Virus record (IMG/VR): IMGVR_UViG_3300020191_000009
Span: 1 to 64,000 of that record
Length of the DNA: 64,000 nucleotides
DNA from: an uncultured virus (IMG/VR IMGVR_UViG_3300020191_000009)
Taxonomy: Duplodnaviria; Heunggongvirae; Uroviricota; Caudoviricetes
Strand: one strand, 5' to 3'
The notes beneath the pieces are model-generated. The model was not told the origin of the DNA and did no database searches. It saw only the letters and a program-made list of their open reading frames with translations. Both the position numbers and the translations under genes were made by a program. This document shows, piece by piece, positions 19,167-27,226 of the stretch; the stretch's first letter is position 1; the number at the start of each line of letters is the position of its first letter.

Positions 19167-22100
19167 CTTTACCCTCCAAACGTCTTACTTTTTTCTCGAG
19201 ATCCTTAATTGCTTCGATGAGCAAAGGTACAAGCCCTTCGTATCGTACTGCTAGAGTACCATCCTTACGGGTACTTACTACTTCGGGTAAGACTTTTTCT
19301 ACTTCCTGTGCGATAATTCCAACGTCTCTCTTTTTAACAAAGTAGCCGTCTTCCCCGCCCCTGTCTTGAATAGTTTTATCTTTCCAATTAAAGTTAACGC
19401 CACTAATATTCATTACTTTCGAAAGGGCGTTTTCCATAGGATGAATGTCAGTTTTCATATTAATATCCGAAGACCAATACGCATAGATATTTCCTTCTGC
19501 TCTAATGTCATCTTGTGAAAAAGTAGCTGTAGAGTTTCCTACGTATAAACCTTTAGTAGCTGTTATATCCGTAGCACTAAGATCTCCCGTGGTAGTTATA
19601 TTAAAAGTTTGTCCATCTAAATTTGCCCCCAGTTGAGGAGTTACATCTTCTACAATATTGCCTAAGTACGTAGTATTATCAATCGAATAAGTTCCCGCAC
19701 TAGCACCCCTTACCATGAACCCTTGCGAAGTAAAGTCACCATCTACAACTACATCCGCATGAGAAGTTTCCGTAGTTAAATATGTACTATTATCATAGCT
19801 CCAAGTACCTGCAGTGTTTTTTAAAAACCCGGTACCGTCTGAAATATTACTAGTAGTGTGTGCATTAAATATTGGATCTGTTTCAGTTGTGACCCCTCCT
19901 TCGGCATCTTCAAAAGTAAAAGACCCATTACCATCAGTAGTTAACACTTGTCCACTAGTACCATCTGCCCCAACATCAGTTAAAGAAAGTAAAGTTGTAG
20001 TCAGTACTGTATCTCCAGCTAAAGCCGTTGTACTGGTAGTTCCCAATTGAAGAAGAGCTGTATCTCCAGCTAAAGCCGTACCAGCTGTAGTTCCCAATTG
20101 AAGAAGAGCTGTATCTCCAGCTAAAGCCGTACCAGCTGTAGTTCCCAATTCAAGAAGAGCTGTATCTCCTTCCAAAGCCGTACCCGCTGTAGTTCCCAAT
20201 TGAAGAAGAGCGGTATCTCCAGCTAAAGCTGTACCAGCTGTAGTTCCCAATTGAAGAAGAGCTGTATCTCCTTCCAAAGCCGTACCCGCTGTAGTTCCCA
20301 GAGCTAAGTTAGATGTTCCTGCCCCTATTAAAGTACGAATCTCTAAATCTGTAATATTTGTATTTAAAGAAGGGTTAGTTCCATTACTTAGTATTGCAGG
20401 TGTGCTTATGGCTGGAGGAGTATATGTAAACAATCCCGCATCATCATACGTTAAATTACCTGTACCGGAAGCTGTTGCTACAGTAACTTCTAAGTCTTCG
20501 AACCTTATAAAACTACTAGCATCATACTGTTTTTTAATATAATAGTTAGTATCAATTGCAGTCGTAACATTATCGGGGTCTCCGCCCTCTACTATAGATA
20601 CATTAAACTCTAAAGTACTAGCGTCATAGGAAGTATCAGATAGAGTAAAAGTTCTTGTCTGATTATCCCCGGCAGTACCTACAGTATCTTCGCTTTCGTC
20701 TAAAGAATTAAAAGCGTCTCCAGTAACTGTAACTATGGGGTTAGTGTATCCCGTAGTATCAATGTTAAGAACAACCTGGTCACTTAAAGCAGTACCGGTA
20801 ACATCATATTCTATGGCATCTCCACCATCCTTGATAATGTTTACTAGACGTGCTTTATCGACATCTGGGTCATTGGTTAAATAATTAACAATGGTCCACT
20901 CACTAGTTGCAGAACTTTTACGCACACTAGCAACTACAGTATCTTCTTCAAAAAGAAAGTTAAGACTAGATTTTTTTATTTCGTACCCTGTATCATAATT
21001 AGAAGTTGCTGGATTATTTAAGATTAATAATTCATCTGATATTACTGCTAAAACCTTAGCGTCATGCACTACTTCAGAGCTGTTTGTATCTATAATTCTT
21101 ATATAATCTCTAGCCTCTATTTCGGAAGAGAAGCTTGTGCCAGTTCCTTGTAAATACACCTCACCTCTTTTAATAGATATAGCGCTGGGAGAAGTCAGAG
21201 AAGTATTAGAAAAATTATCGGCAGGAACTCCTGCAGTATCTATAACATCATACCAAAATCCTCCCTCAGTGTAAAAATCAATCAACTTCAATGATCCATT
21301 TCTAGCGACACTACTATCGTCATCCGGTTGTAAAGCGCCACCGCTTTTGGCTAAAACATAATATGTTTTATCCTCTTCTATTCCTGTCGAAGTCAAGTCT
21401 AGCGTGTCTGTATTTGATATCAACAACGGTAATTCGGGCGCTGCTGAAGGAAATACAATAAGTTCTTGAGGGGAGTTAAATTTAAATGTTGGTGTTGCTC
21501 CAGCAGTTATAAAAGGACTTTTTAAACTAGTGCCTCCTACGCCTACTCCATCCGCCAGTCGTTGTATTAAAAGGGAGAAGGGGTCATTTAAAGCATAAGT
21601 AACTGTAGTCATAGTTGAGCTAGTACCTAAAGTACTAATGGTTTGAACCCCTATTTGATACGTACCTTCCGATAAACCAGTAAACGAGTACGCATCTAGC
21701 CCCTTCTCTGTAAATATAGGATTAGGTGCTCCAGGTATATTATGACTAATTTTGTATCCAGCTAGATACTGATACTCTTCGCCATCTACTATAGGGGGAA
21801 GCCATTTAACAATTACTTCATCTGCTCTTGTTCTGAAATCAGAGTCTTGTGCAACATAAATCGCAGTAGGGGCAGGTACTCGTAAGGCCGCCCTCTCTAT
21901 CGGAGGATCAAATCTATCAGCTTGATAAATATCAAACCCGCTTTCTACATCTTCATATTTCTCATTATAATGTTCGACTGCAGTAATCGAGTATATATTC
22001 ACATCTTCTTGCGACATAGATAAAATTTTGTAAAGACGAGGACTTCCGATAATGTCAAGCTGGTATTCTGTATTTAGTTGAGCGATAGACCATATACTTG

Positions 22101-24768
22101 AAGGAATTAAAGAAGCCGTAAATGGGCTAGTAATAGTAACTACATCATACGACCCTGCTACTCCTCCAGTAGTTGTTGCATAGTCTATACTACGTTCTTC
22201 CATAAATGTATAAGGTGCCCACCTTACAGTTACAGGAACACCAGAATCATCTAATATATTAGATGCGGTAGTTTCATCGACATATAGTTCTAATGGTAAT
22301 ACCTCTGCGTTATTATATACAACACCATCAATTTCAGCGGTTGTTTGCGCACAAAAAGCTGCACTAGTTGTTATAAGCCCATATAAAGAGTATGTTATAT
22401 CGTCTTGTAAAGGTACTTTCCTGTCTAAAGTAATAGTAGTAGATGTGGCAGCACTTACCCTACCGCTGGAAATAAGTCTATCCCTGGCTTGATCTTGTAC
22501 TTGTATTACATCTCCCGGCCTAATAAAAGCTGCATTTAAAGAAGTTTTAAAGCTTACAAGCTCTGTTTGATAATTACTAGTCCATAATTTATATCTTCCA
22601 TATCTCTGCGCCTGTCCCTCACTAGTAGCTCCAAAAGCATTAACGTACTTTGATTGTACTCTATTTTCTTGAGATATACGGGTTCTGTCCTCTACAATAA
22701 TAGGGTCTATTATATAGTCTTTATCTGGATTATTATATCCTATAACTATCTGGTTTGGTCGTGTTTTAGCCCCTGTACCAGTATAATTAAATTTACCGTC
22801 TACTACGTTGGAGGCTGTAAAAGTATATACAGGCCAAGACGCCTGATCAGCAATAGGAGTAACTTTTCCATCTAGCCAATAAACTAGACCTACAAATATA
22901 GACGCTATGTCTTTAAGAAGTTTATAGGCATCAACCGCTTTAGTAAGATAGAGGTTAGCTCTATACCTAGGCTCTAATCCACCTTTACCATCAGGCACTA
23001 AATCATCGCAATATTTTGCAATTCTATACAAAGCATACTTATCTATATCAGTATCCTTTATCCAACCCCCTAATCCATACCTGTTATTTGTAACTAGATC
23101 ATAGAAAACCCAAGCTGGATTATCGGTATAAGTTAATTCAGTCCTAAAACTACCATCCCAGAGGCCTTCATAGGTTGCAACATCAGTATTATTTTCTTCT
23201 CGGGTGCTGTAATTTGAAGGAATTTTAACTCTCATACCCCTTAATTCATACGTTCGCTGAGGAGCAGATGTAAATTCCGTACTATCGAATCGTACATTAG
23301 CATACGCAGTGTAGGGGTAGTTCAGGGGTTCTTTAATAATAGAAGATATATTAGTAATGGCAGACGATGCGTGCATTGTTGTGCTTCTTCCGCTATTCTT
23401 TCCACTAGGATACACGCCTCTTCCCTCTTGTCGAGTAGTTCTTTCAATAATTAATTCAAAATCGTCAAAAGGCTTAAAAGGCTCCAACCATACCCTCTCC
23501 TCAATTAAAAGGGGGCCTCTAGAGCCATTCTTTCCCGCTGAGTGTAATAGCTGGGTATCTCCTGCTCGAAGATTTACTTCTGAAATATCTGCCCCTCTAT
23601 ACAACTTGAGCTTTGTATTATAGAAAACGCCCGCATCTTTATAATCATTGTCTTTTGCATGGTAAGTGTACAAAGAATTATATGAGAAAGTAAATCTAAT
23701 CTCATCAACTTCTGGAGCTTGTTCATATGTTAGACCAAATCCCGTAGGAGACGTGGCTCTAAAAGATACAGGATTAACATTATTCAGATTAAGACCAGAA
23801 GTATCCCCTCCTACTTCTACTAAATCTTTATATTCCTGACTTAAAACATCCCAGAATTCTAATGCTTGGTTCTGGAAAGAAGGGCCTTGAGCAAAAGATA
23901 CCCCTGTAGAATTCCCATAATTAAGCATAGGCTCTTGTTCAAACGTACCTGGCCTAAACTGAGTAGATACACTTTTATACTTTGAACCCGCACTAACAGA
24001 AGCGTTGCCTCTACCCGCTAGTATTCTAGTGATCGTTATATTACTAAAGTTTCCTGGGCCTAAATCCCAATCTGCAACAAATAGTACATTCGTATCGTTA
24101 AGAGAGGCTATAACAGTATTGTCATAATCTAGTTGTAGTTTTAACTGAGACCCTGCCTCCTCGGCTTCATCTAAAAATACTTGTATAAGTGAAGTATTTG
24201 TATCCTTGAAATAAAATCTTCCAGTTGTATCAGAGTATCTTTCAAATTTGCCCTTTAAATATGTTTTTGGAGAATCTTCACGAGCCAACCTCATAGAGTA
24301 CTGTTTTACTATGCGAACATTATTAATCCAGCTAGGGAAAGCAAAGCTGATAGTAGTATCTAGTTCTATATAGGGCTTAAAAGAGGATTGCGCTTGTGCC
24401 ATGCCTCCTGGAAATATAAGGGCACTTGTGCCAACATTACTATCATAGGCATTATTTACTTGAATTTGAATTGCTGTCTTTGTAATTCCTGGTATAGCAT
24501 CTGTGTATATAGCAGGAGTAATAACACCATCCCTAGGAGAACCATCTTTAATAAGAGTGTAACTGCTGGTAGCTATAGTACCTTCAACTAATATATCTTT
24601 AATCGGGTCTTTATTTAACTTTATAGACCCTTCGCCATTAACCAAGCCTTCAATTGGGCCCTCCGATAGCATATCAGTAATATTTACTATCTGTGACCTA
24701 TCAGGTCTAAACGAAGTGCTAAGTACGCCTCTATTTTTATCTGCTATTTTTTGGTCTCTTGCACTCAT
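19144..24768 (-). CDS. Central tail fibre / tip attachment protein (lambda gpJ-like) with FN3-like domain, fibre extension and C-terminal S74 intramolecular chaperone
   Basis: LSEGPIEGLV, YPYTAY, VKIPSNY, WDGSF, TDNPAWVFYDL, RYGLG, YCDDLVPDG.GG.EPR (gpJ core); C-terminal SDINMK...GIIAQEVE..LPEVV...LIEAIKDL (S74). Confidence 0.92.
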   Translation of the reverse strand: MSARDQKIADKNRGVLSTSFRPDRSQIVNITDMLSEGPIEGLVNGEGSIKLNKDPIKDILVEGTIATSSYTLIKDGSPRDGVITPAIYTDAIPGITKTAIQIQVNNAYDSNVGTSALIFPGGMAQAQSSFKPYIELDTTISFAFPSWINNVRIVKQYSMRLAREDSPKTYLKGKFERYSDTTGRFYFKDTNTSLIQVFLDEAEEAGSQLKLQLDYDNTVIASLNDTNVLFVADWDLGPGNFSNITITRILAGRGNASVSAGSKYKSVSTQFRPGTFEQEPMLNYGNSTGVSFAQGPSFQNQALEFWDVLSQEYKDLVEVGGDTSGLNLNNVNPVSFRATSPTGFGLTYEQAPEVDEIRFTFSYNSLYTYHAKDNDYKDAGVFYNTKLKLYRGADISEVNLRAGDTQLLHSAGKNGSRGPLLIEERVWLEPFKPFDDFELIIERTTRQEGRGVYPSGKNSGRSTTMHASSAITNISSIIKEPLNYPYTAYANVRFDSTEFTSAPQRTYELRGMRVKIPSNYSTREENNTDVATYEGLWDGSFRTELTYTDNPAWVFYDLVTNNRYGLGGWIKDTDIDKYALYRIAKYCDDLVPDGKGGLEPRYRANLYLTKAVDAYKLLKDIASIFVGLVYWLDGKVTPIADQASWPVYTFTASNVVDGKFNYTGTGAKTRPNQIVIGYNNPDKDYIIDPIIVEDRTRISQENRVQSKYVNAFGATSEGQAQRYGRYKLWTSNYQTELVSFKTSLNAAFIRPGDVIQVQDQARDRLISSGRVSAATSTTITLDRKVPLQDDITYSLYGLITTSAAFCAQTTAEIDGVVYNNAEVLPLELYVDETTASNILDDSGVPVTVRWAPYTFMEERSIDYATTTGGVAGSYDVVTITSPFTASLIPSSIWSIAQLNTEYQLDIIGSPRLYKILSMSQEDVNIYSITAVEHYNEKYEDVESGFDIYQADRFDPPIERAALRVPAPTAIYVAQDSDFRTRADEVIVKWLPPIVDGEEYQYLAGYKISHNIPGAPNPIFTEKGLDAYSFTGLSEGTYQIGVQTISTLGTSSTMTTVTYALNDPFSLLIQRLADGVGVGGTSLKSPFITAGATPTFKFNSPQELIVFPSAAPELPLLISNTDTLDLTSTGIEEDKTYYVLAKSGGALQPDDDSSVARNGSLKLIDFYTEGGFWYDVIDTAGVPADNFSNTSLTSPSAISIKRGEVYLQGTGTSFSSEIEARDYIRIIDTNSSEVVHDAKVLAVISDELLILNNPATSNYDTGYEIKKSSLNFLFEEDTVVASVRKSSATSEWTIVNYLTNDPDVDKARLVNIIKDGGDAIEYDVTGTALSDQVVLNIDTTGYTNPIVTVTGDAFNSLDESEDTVGTAGDNQTRTFTLSDTSYDASTLEFNVSIVEGGDPDNVTTAIDTNYYIKKQYDASSFIRFEDLEVTVATASGTGNLTYDDAGLFTYTPPAISTPAILSNGTNPSLNTNITDLEIRTLIGAGTSNLALGTTAGTALEGDTALLQLGTTAGTALAGDTALLQLGTTAGTALEGDTALLELGTTAGTALAGDTALLQLGTTAGTALAGDTALLQLGTTSTTALAGDTVLTTTLLSLTDVGADGTSGQVLTTDGNGSFTFEDAEGGVTTETDPIFNAHTTSNISDGTGFLKNTAGTWSYDNSTYLTTETSHADVVVDGDFTSQGFMVRGASAGTYSIDNTTYLGNIVEDVTPQLGANLDGQTFNITTTGDLSATDITATKGLYVGNSTATFSQDDIRAEGNIYAYWSSDINMKTDIHPMENALSKVMNISGVNFNWKDKTIQDRGGEDGYFVKKRDVGIIAQEVEKVLPEVVSTRKDGTLAVRYEGLVPLLIEAIKDLEKKVRRLEGKDAEYTED
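19996..20301 (-). repeat. Six tandem 51-bp repeats encoding LGTTAGTAL(A/E)GDTALLQ
   Basis: Near-identical in-frame units (GTATCTCCAGCTAAAGCCGTACCAGCTGTAGTTCCCAATTGAAGAAGAGCT on the + strand); the last copy is degenerate. Confidence 0.95.
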
Positions 24769-25418
24769 TAGGGAGCCCCTCCAACAATACTTATGCTTCC
24801 ATCTGGATCTATGGTCGAATCAGAGAAGCTCTGGCTGTTACTATTTTTAGCGGCAGAATTAATTACAGAAAAACTTATGGGTCTGCCAGGAATTTCTAGT
24901 TGTCCATATAGAACAGGCACAGGATCTCCCTCTATAATATTTTGCTCAGACCCACTAAATAAGTATGCTTGCGGAGCAGAGGCATCGACAGAAGGATCTG
25001 GAGCTAAAATCTCTGCTATACCAGTTAAAGCAAGATTAACAGCAACACCCACTAAAATTGAGCCAAGTGTGGTGCCTAAAATAGCAATACCCCCTATGGG
25101 AGTAAATGCGAGTGCTACAAGCAATATGGCAGTAAATATTTTACCAACACCACCACTAGAGCCCGAAACTACGGGGATTAAATATAAATCTGTAGAGCTA
25201 AGATCAACCACTAAATCACTTTCTTCTTCTAAAACTTTTGATCCATCTATTATCTCGAATCCTATTCCTTTTTCATGGCAATCTAAGAAATACCTTCTAA
25301 TGCTAGGAAAATTTGCTTCTAGTAGTTTAATGGCTTCGTGTACCGAACTAACATCGGCGAGTATACTATCTACATATAAATGCTTAAGCTCGCCTTGTAG
25401 ATGTATTTTACGTTTCAT
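24768..25418 (-). CDS. Tail assembly protein I (lambda gpI-like)
   Basis: I.L.GEL N-terminus, IPVVSGS, hydrophobic Gly-rich segment, YLFSG..N...GDPVPVLYG. Confidence 0.9.
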   Translation of the reverse strand: MKRKIHLQGELKHLYVDSILADVSSVHEAIKLLEANFPSIRRYFLDCHEKGIGFEIIDGSKVLEEESDLVVDLSSTDLYLIPVVSGSSGGVGKIFTAILLVALAFTPIGGIAILGTTLGSILVGVAVNLALTGIAEILAPDPSVDASAPQAYLFSGSEQNIIEGDPVPVLYGQLEIPGRPISFSVINSAAKNSNSQSFSDSTIDPDGSISIVGGAP

Positions 25419-26142
25419 ATCTATATACTCCTGTTAGAAATTTAGCCCAGTATGGGTATAAATTTTCTTTTGTTGATAATCTGTTCTCAGCATGGTGAAA
25501 AATAATATCATTACCTAGATATACTGCGCAGTGGTTGGCAACGTCAGAATATACTGAGAATATAAAAACATCATTTTCCTGAGCTTCATTAAGAGGAACT
25601 TCTATTCCTCCCCAGTTTTTTATTACTTCAGGGCTAAAGTAGTCTATTTTTTCATCTTTTTCCCACCAGTTAGCCTCAAATAGAATTCTTGGCTTTAACT
25701 CTATATTAACAGATCTTAGATAATCTCTCATTGCTTCAAAACAATCTGTAACTCCAAACTCATAACTTCTACCATATAACTCAGTATTATCGTGTTCGGG
25801 TGTTAATACAGTTAGATCCATATCAGGATAGCCAAAAATATAATAAGGTATAGATACCGCATTGCAAACTTTTATATCTGTCTCCGATGGAGTTGAGTCT
25901 AAGTCTGGGTGGCTATGTACTATTCCTACTATAGTGTACTCCATACTGTATTTCAAATATTGAACAGAGTCCATTTGAAAATCTGTGTTTGTAGTGGCAT
26001 GGTTTGTACACGGTAACCAATGTAATTGTCCCGTTTTTATACCTAAAAGTCCACAACCCTCTTTAGGGTACTCTTCTCTAAAGTGGGTTTCTATATCTAT
26101 TAAATGGTTAGCTAAATTTTGCACTGCCTGGGAACGCTCCAA
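25408..26142 (-). CDS. Tail assembly protein K (JAB/MPN + NlpC/P60 domains)
   Basis: PKEGCG, HSHP...PS..D (JAB); GVTDC and NHCAVYLG...HH (NlpC/P60). The true start may be the GTG at 26124. Confidence 0.92.
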   Translation of the reverse strand: MERSQAVQNLANHLIDIETHFREEYPKEGCGLLGIKTGQLHWLPCTNHATTNTDFQMDSVQYLKYSMEYTIVGIVHSHPDLDSTPSETDIKVCNAVSIPYYIFGYPDMDLTVLTPEHDNTELYGRSYEFGVTDCFEAMRDYLRSVNIELKPRILFEANWWEKDEKIDYFSPEVIKNWGGIEVPLNEAQENDVFIFSVYSDVANHCAVYLGNDIIFHHAENRLSTKENLYPYWAKFLTGVYRYET

Positions 26143-27220
26143 AAGGTAATTTTACAGTAGTATTTCTGCGAGCAGATACTACTCCGTTTGCTGTTGCAGA
26201 AGCCTGAAATCTGGCTTTGCAGGATTTTAAAGTTTTTCCACAATAATCTTCTCTAGACCACCACCTACTATTCGTAGTGGGTATCCTCCCCTCGGCAAGA
26301 GATGATTCGTGAGAGGTACTACACCGCCATATATTATTTCCGTATCTAACATAGTCACCAGCATTATATGATTGTTCATCCTCCCATAGGGTCCAGGTTC
26401 TTATAATCTGCCAAAAGCCTCTATTGTCGTCTGGAGTGCCTCCGACGGCCAAAGTCTCAGCCCTGTAGTAATCCCCATTGAACGTTACAATACTATCAAT
26501 AGCATAGGTTGTGTTTGCCGAAAAGGCACTAACTGATGTAAGTGCAGCTAATTCTATTAAAGGCTCATCATAGACATTAAGAAAAATAGGAATGGAACCT
26601 GCAGCTCCTATCTTCTCGTTATTAGCAGGCCAGTAACAGCCTCCTACCCTATCTAGAGCGTGGCCTTGATAAATCCAAGGACAGAATTTTCCTATAATCA
26701 CTCTTGCAGGTATTTGTATATTCTCTAAGTCATATGGTGCTGCTAGTTCAAATTGTATTTCTGTATTTGTTTCCTCTTTTACCCTATCTATATAGTAGCT
26801 TTGTATAGGAAATTCCACATTTGAAGTAGAGGGCTGCCCTATCAAATATTTTTCCAAAGTTTGTCTTTTAACTAGTTTTAAACCTACTAGGTCTCTAAAC
26901 CTTAGATATTTGCCGGTAGCACTTTCTATTGTAGATGTAAATACCTGTTCTACATTTGCTATAGTTATAGTGGGTCTTGAAGAGGCACCATCACTTGCAA
27001 TATTAAGTCCTTCCATTTTAACTGGTATAGGAGTATAAATATTTACTTTGTTAGGATTTCGTGCATTATAAAATTGTAATTCTCGTAACGAATAGTCAAC
27101 TCCAGCATGAAAGCAGAAAGGATCGTCGTTATCACTATTAGAAAGGTAAAGCTCGTAAAGTTCAACAATACCTGTATTTACTTCAGTACCTTGTACATCT
27201 GTTGCTATGATGTTTGTCAT
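26108..27220 (-). CDS. Minor tail protein L (lambda gpL-like) with an internal insertion
   Basis: VELYEL, RPTITIAN, IPARVI...CPWIY...C, CGKTLKSCKARF, LPFGAFPG (four Fe-S-type Cys). Confidence 0.92.
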   Translation of the reverse strand: MTNIIATDVQGTEVNTGIVELYELYLSNSDNDDPFCFHAGVDYSLRELQFYNARNPNKVNIYTPIPVKMEGLNIASDGASSRPTITIANVEQVFTSTIESATGKYLRFRDLVGLKLVKRQTLEKYLIGQPSTSNVEFPIQSYYIDRVKEETNTEIQFELAAPYDLENIQIPARVIIGKFCPWIYQGHALDRVGGCYWPANNEKIGAAGSIPIFLNVYDEPLIELAALTSVSAFSANTTYAIDSIVTFNGDYYRAETLAVGGTPDDNRGFWQIIRTWTLWEDEQSYNAGDYVRYGNNIWRCSTSHESSLAEGRIPTTNSRWWSREDYCGKTLKSCKARFQASATANGVVSARRNTTVKLPFGAFPGSAKFS

Positions 27221-27226
27221 TTTGTC

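Noticed and set aside
19996..20301. 51-bp repeats as a CRISPR array or DGR template/variable repeat
   Set aside because: The units are contiguous with no unique spacers, keep frame within a CDS, show no adenine-specific variation, and no cas or reverse transcriptase gene is in the window.
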